64,000 nucleotides of DNA from Sulfurimonadaceae bacterium (GTDB lineage Bacteria; Campylobacterota; Campylobacteria; Campylobacterales; Sulfurimonadaceae), in contig JAVHOA010000120.1 of the NCBI GenBank assembly GCA_036169815.1, positions 1,781-65,780 on the forward strand, written 5' to 3'. Every line of letters begins with the position of its first letter. The stretch's first letter is position 1. Both the position numbers and the translations under genes were made by a program. The notes below the pieces were generated by a model. The model had not been told where the DNA came from, did not search any database, and saw only the letters and a list, made by a program, of their open reading frames with translations. Of this stretch, positions 19,111 through 30,067 are shown in pieces.

Positions 19111-21680
19111 GATGCAAATACACCTTTTTTAGGACCACTTACTCCACAGCATTGTTTATACTTTTTACCACTTCCACAAGGACAAAGATCATTTCTCGCA
19201 GGCTTTTTTTCTACTACAAGGTCATCATTATCATGAATATTGAGATCAAGATGCGAGCGCTCTTCTTCTCTTTGTTGCTCTTCAAGGCGCGCGAGTTCAG
19301 CGAGCTCCTCTTCTGCATCATTCATCTGAAATTGAATAATATGAAGTGTTTTTACAGTGTTGTATTTGATGGTTTCAACCAATTCGCTAAAAAGGTTGTA
19401 GCTCTCTTTTTTGTACTCGACCAAAGGATCTTTTTGATTATAAGCACGAAGACGGATTCCCGTTTTCATATTATCCATCGTGTAAAGATGCTCTCTCCAA
19501 GCGGTGTCTAAAGTTTTTAGATAAAACTCTTTTTCAACATCTCCTCGTATTGATGGGTCTAAAACAGCCATTTTCTCTTCATAATAGCCTTTGATCTGTG
19601 CAAGAAGTTTCGCATAGAACGCATCATATTCTAAGCCTTCAAATGCTGCAATCTCCAATGTAAAGTTAATCTCCTCTTTAAGCATAAGAGAGAGTTTTTC
19701 AAGATTGAAATCCTCGGTTGCGCTTCCACTAAAGATATTACACTCAAGAAATAAACTCAAAAGATATTCATTTCGAATCAAATCTATCTTTTCATCTATT
19801 TTATACTCAGGACTTAGAAGTTCATTTCTAAATTTATAGATGATTTTTCTTTGTTCATTTGCAACATCATCATACTCAACAATCTGTTTACGCCCCTCAT
19901 AATGGAGTTGCTCAACTTTTTTCTGCGCTTTTTCAACTGCGCGAGTGACCATTTTAGATTCGATATACTCGCCATCTTCAACACCGAGTCTCTCCATAAT
20001 CATTTTAATTTTATCAGAACCAAAGATTCTCAAAAGATTATCTTCCAATGAAAGATAAAATTGCGTTGTTCCAGGATCACCTTGGCGACCAGAACGGCCA
20101 CGGAGCTGGTTGTCTATACGGCGGTTTTCATGTCTCTCTGTTCCTAAAATATACAAACCACCTAAATCTTTCACCTCTTGACTCACTTTAATATCAACCC
20201 CGCGTCCAGCCATATTGGTCGCGATCGTAACAGCACCCTGAGAGCCTGCAAATTTGATAATTTCACCCTCTTGCGCGTGATTTTTTGCATTAAGGACCGT
20301 ATGTGCGATTTTCTCTTTTTTCAAAAATTCATGCAATTTTTCAGATTTTTCAATCGAAGCTGTTCCAATTAATACTGGCTGTCCTGTTTTTGCAAGCTCT
20401 TTTATTTTTGTAACAACTGCATTAAATTTTTCCACTTCTGTTTTATAGATAAGATCATTTAAATCAGCACGCATAACAGGAATATTTGTTGGAATTGAGA
20501 CAACATCAAGATTGTAGATTTGAGCAAATTCAGTCGCTTCTGTCTGCGCAGTTCCCGTCATCCCCGAGAGTTTTTCATACATTCGAAAGTAGTTTTGAAA
20601 GGTAATATCCGCAAGTGTTTGCGTTTCATGCTTAATCTCAACGCCCTCTTTGGCTTCGAGTGCTTGATGCAGACCCTCTGAAAATCTTCTTCCCTCGCTC
20701 AAACGTCCTGTAAACTCATCAACAATAACAATCTCGCCCTCATTGACAACATAATCCACATCGACTTCAAAAAGATAGTTTGCTTTGAGCGCTTGATCCA
20801 AATGGTGTGAAAGAGTAGAGTTTTCTACACTGTAAAGATTTTCAACACCAAACAGTTCTTCAGCTTTAGTGATTCCTGTTTCTGTGATAAGGACCACTCT
20901 ATCTTTTTCATCAACGCTAAAGTGTTCATCTTTTGTCATATTAAGAGCAACATAATTTGCTTTTTTGTATGTATCTAAGGTTTTGTTGACAGGGCCTGAG
21001 ATAATAAGTGGAGTTCTTGCTTCATCTATCAAAATAGAATCCACTTCATCAACGATAACAAAATGGTGTCCGCGTTGGACCATTTGATCTTTTGAGTAGC
21101 TCATATTATCACGAAGATAATCAAATCCAAACTCATTATTAGTACCATAAGTAATGTCAGCATGATACTGTTTGCGTTTTTCACCAGAGTTGTTAATGCT
21201 CTCTAAAACCACACCAACACTAAAGCCTAAAAACTCATACAGTGGTGCCATATCCATAGCATCACGGCGAGCAAGATAGTCATTGACTGTGACTAAATGG
21301 ACCCCTTTTAGAGTCATTGCATTTAAGACGATTGGTAGTGTTGCAACAAGAGTTTTTCCCTCTCCCGTTTTCATCTCCGCTATGCGTCCTTCATGCAAAA
21401 CCATCCCACCCACAAGTTGCACATCATGATGGCGCATTCCAAGTGTTCTCACTGACGCTTCTCGTGTGATTGCAAAAGAGTGTTCAAGAACATCATCCAA
21501 ACTTTTTGTTGCTTCTAAAACTGATGTTTGCAAATCAGAAAACTCTTTTTTTAGTGCATCATCACTCATATTTTTATAAAATTGTTCTAAATTATTGATG
21601 CCATTTACGCGCTTTTGATATTTTTTTAACTCTCTATCATTTTTAGTGCCAAATACCTTGCCAACGAATGCTTGTAGCAT
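19107..21680 (-). CDS. secA: Preprotein translocase ATPase SecA
   Basis: ORF track extends to 21812. Preferred start is [21 protein letters not shown] (ATG 21680). DEAD motor motifs ([30 protein letters not shown]) and the C-terminal zinc motif [14 protein letters not shown]. Confidence 0.95.
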   Translation of the reverse strand: MLQAFVGKVFGTKNDRELKKYQKRVNGINNLEQFYKNMSDDALKKEFSDLQTSVLEATKSLDDVLEHSFAITREASVRTLGMRHHDVQLVGGMVLHEGRIAEMKTGEGKTLVATLPIVLNAMTLKGVHLVTVNDYLARRDAMDMAPLYEFLGFSVGVVLESINNSGEKRKQYHADITYGTNNEFGFDYLRDNMSYSKDQMVQRGHHFVIVDEVDSILIDEARTPLIISGPVNKTLDTYKKANYVALNMTKDEHFSVDEKDRVVLITETGITKAEELFGVENLYSVENSTLSHHLDQALKANYLFEVDVDYVVNEGEIVIVDEFTGRLSEGRRFSEGLHQALEAKEGVEIKHETQTLADITFQNYFRMYEKLSGMTGTAQTEATEFAQIYNLDVVSIPTNIPVMRADLNDLIYKTEVEKFNAVVTKIKELAKTGQPVLIGTASIEKSEKLHEFLKKEKIAHTVLNAKNHAQEGEIIKFAGSQGAVTIATNMAGRGVDIKVSQEVKDLGGLYILGTERHENRRIDNQLRGRSGRQGDPGTTQFYLSLEDNLLRIFGSDKIKMIMERLGVEDGEYIESKMVTRAVEKAQKKVEQLHYEGRKQIVEYDDVANEQRKIIYKFRNELLSPEYKIDEKIDLIRNEYLLSLFLECNIFSGSATEDFNLEKLSLMLKEEINFTLEIAAFEGLEYDAFYAKLLAQIKGYYEEKMAVLDPSIRGDVEKEFYLKTLDTAWREHLYTMDNMKTGIRLRAYNQKDPLVEYKKESYNLFSELVETIKYNTVKTLHIIQFQMNDAEEELAELARLEEQQREEERSHLDLNIHDNDDLVVEKKPARNDLCPCGSGKKYKQCCGVSGPKKGVFAS

Positions 21681-21810
21681 TTTAAACCTTCTCTTAATTT
21701 TTTCGAATTCTATCACACTAAAGATATATTTAGGATAAATAGGGCTTCTCTTCCTTGAGATATCCACTCGTTTAGCTACCTTTGGTATAATTGTAGAAAA
21801 ATGGAGTTTC

Positions 21811-22326
21811 ATGAAAAAAACTATTCTTATATCACTTTTGTGTGCAAATCTTTTTGGTTTTGCAGAAAACCTAGATACCTTCTCGGCACACTTTGTGCAA
21901 ACAGTTATTGACGATAAAAAAACAGTTATTAAATACAGTGGAGATATTAAAGCAAAAAGACCAAATATGGCTATGTGGAACTATGTGCGACCTGTTAAAA
22001 AAGAGATTTATATAAAAAATGAAGATCTTGTTATCATTGAGCCAGAAATTGAGCAAGTGATTATAAAAAAAGTGGGTAACACCATCGCTTTTTTTGAGAT
22101 GCTCAAAAATGCCAAAAAAGTCAATGAGTCGCTTTATAAAGCAAAATATGAAAAACTAAAAATCAATATTCACGTCAAAGCAAATAGTATTGATTCTATT
22201 ACCTATCTTGATGAATTAGAAAACAAAGTTTCCATCCAATTTTCAAATCAAGTAGAAAATAAAAAGATAGAAGATAGAGTATTTAAAGCAAAAATACCGG
22301 CGGATTTTGACATCGTACGACAATAA
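21811..22326 (+). CDS. lolA: Outer-membrane lipoprotein carrier LolA-like protein
   Basis: 171 aa. Signal peptide [18 protein letters not shown]. LolA-like FSAHFVQTV...[15 protein letters not shown]. Divergent from secA. Confidence 0.7.
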   Translation: MKKTILISLLCANLFGFAENLDTFSAHFVQTVIDDKKTVIKYSGDIKAKRPNMAMWNYVRPVKKEIYIKNEDLVIIEPEIEQVIIKKVGNTIAFFEMLKNAKKVNESLYKAKYEKLKINIHVKANSIDSITYLDELENKVSIQFSNQVENKKIEDRVFKAKIPADFDIVRQ

Positions 22327-22460
22327 AAAAAGGGTTACATGTAAGTAAAAAAGCTTTACATGTAAGAATAAAAAAACTAGATTTATAAGTAAAAAAAGGC
22401 TTACATGTAAGTAAAATAGTCTTTACATGTAAAGAAAAAAGCTTTACATGTAAGCAAAAA
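22327..22460. repeat. Tandem array (period about 22 bp) of five intact palindrome units plus one degenerate unit, between convergent lolA and acnB
   Basis: G/CTT(T)ACATGTAAG units start near 22334, 22354, 22400, 22421 and 22442. At about 22380 there is a degenerate unit, GATTTATAAGTA, which reads like the unit with the central CATG missing. Each unit is flanked by A-runs on the plus strand, which are T-runs for the acnB transcript. Confidence 0.85.
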
Positions 22461-22471
22461 AGAATCTGTAA

Positions 22472-25063
22472 TTAAACAGGTTTGATAGTAACACCATATT
22501 TCTCTTGCGCTACACTGCGCGCTTCAAGATGATAATCTTTGATTTCATTAAAATTGAGGTATTTGTAAACATCCTCTTTTTTACCGGCAAGTTTTTGCGG
22601 AACTATACTCATATACTCTGCAACAGTTGGAATACGTCCAAGTTTTGCACACACAGATGCAAGCTCAGCAGAACCAAGATACACTTGCGTTCCTTTTCCT
22701 AAACGGTTATCAAAGTTACGTGTTGAAGTTGAAAATACAGTCGAATCTGGGCGAGCGCTTGCTTGATTCCCCATACAAAGTGAACATCCTGGAACCTCAG
22801 TTCTCGCTTCGATAGATTTATAAACATCATAATATCCCTCATTGATGAGTTGCTGTTCATCCATGCGAGTCGGCGGTACAATCCAAAATTTTTCAACTGC
22901 AACTTTACCTTCTCCACGCATCACTTCACCAGCTGCACGGTAGTGACCGATATTTGTCATACAGCTTCCTAAAAAGACTTCATCGATTTTCTCACCAGCA
23001 ACTTCACTTAAAAGCTTGACATTATCTGGATCGTTTGGACACGCTAAGATCGGCTCTGTAATATCGTTTAGATTGATTTCAATGACAGCTGCATACTCTG
23101 CATCAGCATCTGGTTGGAGTAACTCAGGGTTTGCTAGCCAAGCTTTCATTTTCTCAGCACGGCGTTGGAGTGTACGCGCATCTTTATACCCATCTGCAAC
23201 CATTGACTCAATAAGCACTACGTTTGATTTAAGATATTCTATCACGGGTTCTTTATTTAAAAGCACTGTACATGCAGCCGCGGAACGCTCAGCAGATGCA
23301 TCTGAGAGTTCAAACGCTTGCTCAGCTTTTAAGTTGGCAAGTCCCTCTATCTCTAATATGCGGCCATTGAAAATATTTTTCTTCCCTTTTTTCTCAACAG
23401 TCAAAAGCCCTTGTTGGATTGCAGTATATGGAATCGCATTGACAAGGTCACGCAGTGTAATACCAGGTTGCAACTCACCACTAAAACGCACAAGTACAGA
23501 CTCTGGCATAGTCAGTGGCATAGAACCAGTTACGCCTGCAAATGCAACGATTCCAGATCCACCAGGAAAAGAGATACCTATTGGAAAACGAGTATGGCTA
23601 TCACCGCCCGTTCCTACAGTATCTGGTAGAGTTAAACGGTTTAACCAAGAGTGAATAACTCCATCGCCAGGACGCAGTGCAACACCAGAACGGTTCGAGA
23701 TGAAATCTGGCAGTGTATGGTGCATCACAACATCTGAAGGTTTTGGATACGCCGCTGTGTGACAAAATGACTGCATCACAAGATCCGCTGAAAAACCAAG
23801 AGCTGCTAGCTCTTTAATCTCATCACGTGTCATCGGTCCAGTTGTATCTTGACTTCCAACAGTCGTCGTGATTGGTTCAACATACATTCCAGGGCGAACA
23901 CCCATCATTCCACAAGCACGGCCTACCATTTTTTGCGCAAGTGTGTAGCCTTTGCCAGTATCTGCAGGTTGTACTGGAGTTAAGAATAGATCCGTTGCGC
24001 CAAGTCCTAGAACAGCGCGTGCTTTTGCAGTTAAACCACGACCAATAATAAGTGGGATACGGCCACCCGCACGTACTTCATCAACGATAGTATTTGGGTT
24101 AAGTTTAAATGTTGCGATACAAGAACCATTTATATGTGCTTCGCCTTTAAATGGATATAGAGTGATGACATCGCCTGTTTCCATCGCACTTACGTCCATC
24201 TCTAGTGGAAGTGCACCAGAATCTTCACATGTAGCAAAGAAAATAGGAGCAATAATATTTCCAATAACAACACCGCCCGTGCGTTTATTTGGAACACCTA
24301 CAATATCTTCACCCATATGCCATTGCACAGAGTTTACGCCAGATTTGCGGCTCGAACCAGTTCCAACAACATCACCAACATACGCTAAAGGGTGCCCTTT
24401 TTCTTTTAAGGCTTTGATTGTTTCAAGAGGTTTTTCCATTCTTGCTTGGAGCATAGAGTTTGCATGAAGTGGAATGTCTGAACGAGTAAATGCTTCGCTA
24501 GCAGGAGAAAGGTCGTCCGTATTTGTTTCACCAGGAACTTTATAGACAGTAAGGGAAATCTCCTCCGCAAGAGCAGGTTTAGAAGTAAACCATTCCGCAT
24601 TTGCCCATGAAGTCATCACTTCTGTTGCAGCTGCATTACCAGCTTTATGAAGCTCTTCAACATCATTAAACGCATCATAAACAAGAAGTGTATGTTTTAA
24701 AGCTTCGACTGCTTGCGCAACAACGGCAGTGTTGCTTGATTTGAGCGCATCAATAATTGGTTTTACATTGTATCCGCCAAGCATCATACTGAGCATTTTG
24801 ACAGCAGTTTGTGCACTTAATGCTGCAACTTGAACATTTTCTTGTACGACATCATTTAAAAATGCGGCTTTCACATAGGCTGCATCATCAACGCCAGGAG
24901 AAACACGGTTTGTTAAGAGATCAAGGTTAAATTCTAAGTCACCTTCACCTTTTTTTATCATCTCTATTAACTCGGCTGTTTGGTCAGCTGAAAGTGGAAG
25001 TGGAGGAACACCAAGTGCTCCACGCTCAGCAACGTGAGCTTTATAATCTTTTATAAAAGCCAT
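22472..25063 (-). CDS. acnB: Aconitate hydratase B (bifunctional aconitase / 2-methylisocitrate dehydratase)
   Basis: ORF track extends to 25090. Preferred start is [24 protein letters not shown] (ATG 25063, AGGAG upstream). AcnB-type N-terminal HEAT-like domain and Fe-S ligand regions (...GSCMTNIGH..., CSLCMGNQA). Confidence 0.95.
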   Translation of the reverse strand: MAFIKDYKAHVAERGALGVPPLPLSADQTAELIEMIKKGEGDLEFNLDLLTNRVSPGVDDAAYVKAAFLNDVVQENVQVAALSAQTAVKMLSMMLGGYNVKPIIDALKSSNTAVVAQAVEALKHTLLVYDAFNDVEELHKAGNAAATEVMTSWANAEWFTSKPALAEEISLTVYKVPGETNTDDLSPASEAFTRSDIPLHANSMLQARMEKPLETIKALKEKGHPLAYVGDVVGTGSSRKSGVNSVQWHMGEDIVGVPNKRTGGVVIGNIIAPIFFATCEDSGALPLEMDVSAMETGDVITLYPFKGEAHINGSCIATFKLNPNTIVDEVRAGGRIPLIIGRGLTAKARAVLGLGATDLFLTPVQPADTGKGYTLAQKMVGRACGMMGVRPGMYVEPITTTVGSQDTTGPMTRDEIKELAALGFSADLVMQSFCHTAAYPKPSDVVMHHTLPDFISNRSGVALRPGDGVIHSWLNRLTLPDTVGTGGDSHTRFPIGISFPGGSGIVAFAGVTGSMPLTMPESVLVRFSGELQPGITLRDLVNAIPYTAIQQGLLTVEKKGKKNIFNGRILEIEGLANLKAEQAFELSDASAERSAAACTVLLNKEPVIEYLKSNVVLIESMVADGYKDARTLQRRAEKMKAWLANPELLQPDADAEYAAVIEINLNDITEPILACPNDPDNVKLLSEVAGEKIDEVFLGSCMTNIGHYRAAGEVMRGEGKVAVEKFWIVPPTRMDEQQLINEGYYDVYKSIEARTEVPGCSLCMGNQASARPDSTVFSTSTRNFDNRLGKGTQVYLGSAELASVCAKLGRIPTVAEYMSIVPQKLAGKKEDVYKYLNFNEIKDYHLEARSVAQEKYGVTIKPV

Positions 25064-25192
25064 TATGACTCCTGTTAATTTTATTTTCAAAGATTATAAC
25101 CAAATAAATGATTTGTTTTTTGATAGTGTGAATTTTAGTAACATTTAATCGCTAAATTTCAAGAGGTATGTATATTTTTGTAACATAATTAC

Positions 25193-27514
25193 TTATAATA
25201 TCTCTCGTATCCCTTTTGCATTTGGCGCAGACAAGATGCCACTATCTTCAAGCTGTTCAATCACTCTTGCAGACCTGTTATAGCCTATTTGCAACCTTCT
25301 TTGTAGGTAGGAGATTGAAGTTTTTTTCTCCGATAATACAATCTGTTTTGCTTCTTCATAGAGAGGGTCTATCTCATCACCAAAGTCGCTCGTGCTTGTA
25401 CCACTGCGCTTCACCTCATTCTCTTCTAGCAAAAAGCTTTTATCATAATCTGGTTCACGTTGGGATTTGATAAATTCTACAATATTTTCAATCTCCTCTT
25501 CTGTACTCCAAGGTGCATGTAAGCGAACAAGTCCAGTAGCACCAGGAGGTGTAAAAAGCATATCTCCACGCCCAAGCAGTGACTCTGCACCCTGCTGGTC
25601 TAGGATGATTTTTGAATCTATTTTTTGCCCTACTCTATAGCTAATACGAGATGGTAGATTTGCCTTGATAAGTCCTGTCACAACATCCACTGATGGACGC
25701 TGGGTTGCAACAACCAAGTGGATTCCAGCTGCCCGTGCCATCTGCGCTAGGCGTGCAATGGAATGTTCTACATCTTTGCCGCTTGTCATCATCAAATCCG
25801 CAAGTTCATCAATGATAATAACGATGTATGGCAGCTCTTTTCCACCCTCTTTTTTTATCTTTTCATTATAGTTTTCAATATTTTTTGTGCGTGTATCACT
25901 CATCATTTCATAACGTCTCTCCATCTCTGAAACCATATTATTGAGTGCAACCACCGCCTGTTTGGCTTTGGTGATGACGGGAGTTAAGAGATGGGGAATA
26001 TCGTTGTAGATAGAAAATTCAAGCATCTTTGGATCGATCATCAAAAGACGCAACTGGTCTGGAGAGTTTTTATAGAGCAAACTCAAAATCATCGAGTTAA
26101 TCCCAACACTTTTTCCACTTCCCGTAGTTCCAGCGATAAGCAAGTGTGGCAGTTTTTTTAAGTCTGTAATAAAAGGTTTGCCGACAATATCTTTTCCAAG
26201 CACTAAAGTAAGTGGCGATTTAGACTCTTGAAACAGCTTACTCTCAATGAGATCTCGTAGATAAATCGTTTCAACGGTTTTATTTGGAATCTCAATTCCA
26301 ACCACATCTTTACCAGGAATTGGTGCTTGGATGCGAATGGTTTGCGCACGTAAGGCCATGGCAAGATCATCTTGAAGATTAAGGATTTTAGAAACTTTTA
26401 CATTTGCGGCGGGTTTGAACTCAAACGTGGAAACCACAGGACCCGCATATGTGCGGATAACATCGCCATCAATATTAAAATGCGCAAGTTTAGCAATGAG
26501 ATCTTTGATCTTGTCATCAAGTTCTACTTCATCAACTGTATTTGTTTTTGCTGGTGGCTTTTGTAAAAAATCGACTGAGGGCAATTTAAAATTTTTTGGT
26601 TTTTCAACTTTCCCCTTTTCGATATTTGCTAAAAGTTTTGTATTTTCTTCAAGCTCCTCAACGATAAGAGCACTCTTTTGCTCTTTTACTTTTTTTGCAA
26701 GTGAGACAATCGTTTTATTTTCCTCCTGCAGTGCTTCTACCTCTTGAGTCTCATCAACGCTAAGAGGCTCTTTTTTTTCCTCTCTTTTAATGAGCTTGAT
26801 CTCAAAATCTTTCTCTTCTAGTTCTTGTAATGGTGCTTCGTACTCATAAAGCACTTCACTTTCATAGGCAAGAGTACTGATAATTTCTGGTTCATTTTGC
26901 AACTCTTGAGGTGCTTCCTCTTCTTGGAATGCTTGGGCTTTGGAGAACTCCTCTTTTGCTTGTGCAATCTGTGCTTTTTTTTGCTCTTGAAGTTTCATTT
27001 TTGCCTCTTCTGCGGCCTTTATTTTTGCTTTTTCACGGCTTACATGTAGGTAATTTTTAAAAAGATGAAACTTCTCTAAAGATGGTTCTATAAACTCATA
27101 AAATGTTTTATCAAAAAAGATACTTGAAGCGACAATACTCATGACAAGCCAAAAAATCCAAATACCAAAAAGCCCTATAAAAGGAGAGAGAAACTCGATG
27201 AAACTTCCAGCAAATGAGCCTTGAAACTCGTTTGAAATCACCAAAGCTTGAAACATTATGACTGAAAAGAAAAGTAAAAATGAGGAGAGCGTAATCTCAA
27301 AAGTTCGCAGTGTTAGCTCTGGTTTTTTATATACGAAAGCAAGTGGATAGAGAAGTACAAACGGATAGATAAAAGAGATATACCCAAAAGTTTCATGGTT
27401 AAATACAGCAAAAGCCGCTCCAAGTTTTCCAATAATAGAGCTCTGTGCAACAATTGTAGAAACTCCAAGATAGATAAAAACACCAAAAACAATGATAAAT
27501 ATGATATTGCGCAA
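25193..27514 (-). CDS. ftsK: DNA translocase FtsK
   Basis: 773 aa. N-terminal TM helices, an acidic/Lys-rich linker, the motor domain with Walker A (GTTGSGKSVGIN), and a C-terminal winged-helix gamma domain (SISYLQRRLQIGYNRSARVIEQLE). Confidence 0.9.
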   Translation of the reverse strand: MRNIIFIIVFGVFIYLGVSTIVAQSSIIGKLGAAFAVFNHETFGYISFIYPFVLLYPLAFVYKKPELTLRTFEITLSSFLLFFSVIMFQALVISNEFQGSFAGSFIEFLSPFIGLFGIWIFWLVMSIVASSIFFDKTFYEFIEPSLEKFHLFKNYLHVSREKAKIKAAEEAKMKLQEQKKAQIAQAKEEFSKAQAFQEEEAPQELQNEPEIISTLAYESEVLYEYEAPLQELEEKDFEIKLIKREEKKEPLSVDETQEVEALQEENKTIVSLAKKVKEQKSALIVEELEENTKLLANIEKGKVEKPKNFKLPSVDFLQKPPAKTNTVDEVELDDKIKDLIAKLAHFNIDGDVIRTYAGPVVSTFEFKPAANVKVSKILNLQDDLAMALRAQTIRIQAPIPGKDVVGIEIPNKTVETIYLRDLIESKLFQESKSPLTLVLGKDIVGKPFITDLKKLPHLLIAGTTGSGKSVGINSMILSLLYKNSPDQLRLLMIDPKMLEFSIYNDIPHLLTPVITKAKQAVVALNNMVSEMERRYEMMSDTRTKNIENYNEKIKKEGGKELPYIVIIIDELADLMMTSGKDVEHSIARLAQMARAAGIHLVVATQRPSVDVVTGLIKANLPSRISYRVGQKIDSKIILDQQGAESLLGRGDMLFTPPGATGLVRLHAPWSTEEEIENIVEFIKSQREPDYDKSFLLEENEVKRSGTSTSDFGDEIDPLYEEAKQIVLSEKKTSISYLQRRLQIGYNRSARVIEQLEDSGILSAPNAKGIREIL

Positions 27515-27570
27515 TAAAAATTCCTAAAGAAAAATAAAAGTGGAGTATAGCAAAAAAAGCAGCACAAAGG

Positions 27571-29979
27571 CTACTTTACATAGTTTACAAGAGAAAGCTG
27601 AGAGACTTTTGCTATGGTTGAATAGATGGCTTGGTAGTTGAGTTGCAACTGATTGAGTTGTAGTGTAGCGCTTGCAATATCTGTATCGACAACATCAGAG
27701 CGCATACGTTGTGCACTCAAAATAAGCATCTGCGTGCGATCGCCTGCTGCTTGAAGCGATTGTGACTGCACACCAGATTTTGATTGCTCTTTTGAAATAT
27801 GAAGACTCAAATCATCGAGCATTTGAATCCCATTTTGAATCCCTAAATTTCTGAGGCTTCCTTGAGAAGCATCTGCTCTATATTTTCCCTGTTCTACGGA
27901 GCTAATGATTGCATCAATCGTTGCGAAGAAATCTGTTTTAGCATCAGAGATAGCCAAAGCACTGTTTGCATTAAATTCCAAAGCAGAACCGATAGCTTTT
28001 ACACCTGAAGCTGGGTATGTTGTACTCGATACATCCACCAAAGAGAGCTCTGCTTGGGTCGCATTGACATTTGTCTGCTCAAAACTGATGCGGCCCTTTT
28101 CATCTAGAAAGGTTCTTGCAGCAGCATCTGCGTTTTTTATGGCATCATCGTATGCTGCAGAATCATTTGTCGCAGTTGGTATATTATTGCTTACAACCAT
28201 ATTAACAACATCTGTTAGCTGTTTGTAAGTCATCTCATTACCATTTACCGCTGCGCGTGGATTTGCCATATTGTAGATTGTATAGTTTGTTGCTCCACCA
28301 TCAAGTGAAAATGTAGATCCACTATCTTTTATATCGATTTGTGCATTAAAAGCTGTTCCAAATATATTGAGTCCATTTAATTTTAGTTGTTGTGAAATAA
28401 AAGGTGTGCTCCCTGAAACTTCTGAAAGTTTTGTGCTCGATGCGGCAAATGAGTTGTCCGCTTTTACCATTTGTGAGCCATTAGACAAAAGATAACGACC
28501 AGATTTTTCAAATTTGGCATTATCATAGCTGATTGCTGCATTGGAAGTCAGAGCGTTTATACTCGTGTTTGCACTATCTTTGGCTGTCATTTGTATATTT
28601 ATATTATCTTGTCCGCTTAAAGTTGAAAAGTTGATACGACCATTCGATAAATTTGCCATTAAATCTGTTGCACTTCCTTGATACGTACTTTTCATAGCAT
28701 CAATCATATCTTGAAGTGTTGTGGTAGCTGTAATGGCAAAACTACTGAAAACGGCAGCGCCATCAGCATCACTTCCACTCAAATCAATATGATCAATATT
28801 GGACTGAAATATATCTTTTAAGGGAGTTACAGAGCTTGCAAGCACTCCAGATTTGGTTCGAAAATCCATATTTAATAAAAAGTTTTCAGGCTGAAATTGG
28901 TCTCTTTGTTGCCCTATGCTTGCAGCATAACTTGCAATTTCGCTCTTGGTAAATTCAATGACTTTAGTACCGTTGCTATTTAAATCATTTAACTCTGTAA
29001 CAGCTCCAGCAGGATCAACATTTGCCACCATATGAAAATCAAGTTTTGAACTTCCAGCGAGGTTATCTTCTACCTCAATTTGCCCAAGAGCATTTAAAGT
29101 TACATTAACAAGTTTATTTGTAGCTGTATTACCATAAGTGCTTCCTATTTTATCCATAAGATTGCCTATAGTTTCTGTATCCTTCATATTTATCGTTGTT
29201 TTGAAAGTGGATCCGTCGTGGTTTGTTCCTGCAATATAAAAATGGTTTTGAGCATTTATGAGCTCAGGAATGGTGTTTGTATCTCCCATCAAATCTCTGA
29301 TGGTATCCGTTGATTTAAGATACTCATTTGTCGCCATATTTGAAGCAATTGTAGTATCTGTCATAATATCAGGATGTAACAAAGATTGATTGAGGTGTTC
29401 TGTATTGGTGGTAATTTTTCGTTTTGTGGTGCTCTCGTCACCTAAAAACATCTCAGCACCAGAAATATTATAGCTTTGACGGATGTTTGATCCCAAAAAT
29501 GAGGTCATAGACTGATTGTTTCCTAGATATTTTCCAGTAGCATCGATAGGCTTTTGGTTTACCATGGAACCTGAAAAGATATATTGTCCGTTGATGGAAG
29601 TGTTTGCGAGAGTTTTGAGTTGTTCTTGAAGTCCACGCAACTCACCCGCAAGTGCTGCGAGGCTTTCTGGGGAGTTTGCAGCTGAAGCTGCTTGAACCAA
29701 TTTTGTTTTAAACTGATCCATCGTTTTTGTCATGGAGCTAATCGTAGAATCGGTTTGTTGTGAAAATTTTAATCCACTGCTGGCACTTTTTACGACTTGA
29801 TCAAAGGTGTTAATCTCATTATCTAAACGCATAGCATCAGAAAACGAGACAGGTGCTTCATACGCATATTGAAATTTTTGACCAGATGCAATCTGTTTAT
29901 TGACATCAAAAAGCTTTTCACCAAGAGCGTTTGTATTTGCATTTTGAACTTGATAATACATACTTTGCGTTATTCTCAC
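27571..29979 (-). CDS. flgL: Flagellar hook-associated protein 3 (hook-filament junction), long epsilonproteobacterial form
   Basis: 802 aa with a GTG start (29979..29977) and GGAGG 7 nt upstream. N-terminus MRITQSMYYQ... and flagellin-like conserved N- and C-terminal helices (..LQLNQLQLNYQAIYSTIAKVSQLSLVNYV). Confidence 0.75.
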   Translation of the reverse strand: MRITQSMYYQVQNANTNALGEKLFDVNKQIASGQKFQYAYEAPVSFSDAMRLDNEINTFDQVVKSASSGLKFSQQTDSTISSMTKTMDQFKTKLVQAASAANSPESLAALAGELRGLQEQLKTLANTSINGQYIFSGSMVNQKPIDATGKYLGNNQSMTSFLGSNIRQSYNISGAEMFLGDESTTKRKITTNTEHLNQSLLHPDIMTDTTIASNMATNEYLKSTDTIRDLMGDTNTIPELINAQNHFYIAGTNHDGSTFKTTINMKDTETIGNLMDKIGSTYGNTATNKLVNVTLNALGQIEVEDNLAGSSKLDFHMVANVDPAGAVTELNDLNSNGTKVIEFTKSEIASYAASIGQQRDQFQPENFLLNMDFRTKSGVLASSVTPLKDIFQSNIDHIDLSGSDADGAAVFSSFAITATTTLQDMIDAMKSTYQGSATDLMANLSNGRINFSTLSGQDNINIQMTAKDSANTSINALTSNAAISYDNAKFEKSGRYLLSNGSQMVKADNSFAASSTKLSEVSGSTPFISQQLKLNGLNIFGTAFNAQIDIKDSGSTFSLDGGATNYTIYNMANPRAAVNGNEMTYKQLTDVVNMVVSNNIPTATNDSAAYDDAIKNADAAARTFLDEKGRISFEQTNVNATQAELSLVDVSSTTYPASGVKAIGSALEFNANSALAISDAKTDFFATIDAIISSVEQGKYRADASQGSLRNLGIQNGIQMLDDLSLHISKEQSKSGVQSQSLQAAGDRTQMLILSAQRMRSDVVDTDIASATLQLNQLQLNYQAIYSTIAKVSQLSLVNYVK

Positions 29980-30009
29980 CCGACACCTCCGTGTATTATG
30001 GAACTATCA

Positions 30010-30026
30010 AAGCAAGAAGAGTTCCA
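30010..30026 (-). promoter_or_regulatory. Candidate sigma-54 (RpoN) promoter of flgL
   Basis: The minus strand reads TGGAACTCTTCTTGCTT, i.e. GG-N10-GC with the TGGAAC/TTGCTT flavour typical of epsilonproteobacterial flagellar promoters. It lies about 30 nt upstream of the GTG start. Confidence 0.55.
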
Positions 30027-30067
30027 TAAATATGCCTCTATATCGTCAAATCCGCTTCATTTCATAA

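Noticed and set aside
17540-22330. Long motif-free stretches (about 17.5-22.3 kb over lolC/secA/lolA, about 27.1-30.7 kb over flgL, and about 4.8-9.1 kb) as evidence for horizontally acquired DNA.
   Set aside because: With a mean spacing of about 1.6 kb, gaps of 3.5-5 kb are expected by chance a few times in 64 kb. The genes concerned are core housekeeping genes. There is not enough statistical power.
22327-22471. A possible CRISPR array or minisatellite, because of regularly spaced repeats.
   Set aside because: The period is only about 22 bp, with A-run linkers rather than 30-40-bp unique spacers. The repeat is the genome-wide palindrome, and there are no cas genes or leader. It is not a CRISPR.
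23016-23654. Long antisense ORFs in the track inside known genes. Examples: 23016..23654 and 23952..24467 in acnB; 9622..10002 in sucD; 36262..36780 in the GMC gene; 49074..49478 in recN; 18080..18442 in lolC/E; 30194..30679 in rfbB.
   Set aside because: They lie wholly inside strongly supported genes on the opposite strand. They have low-complexity or Ser/Pro/Cys-rich shadow-frame composition and lack RBS or spacing logic. I treat them as shadow ORFs.
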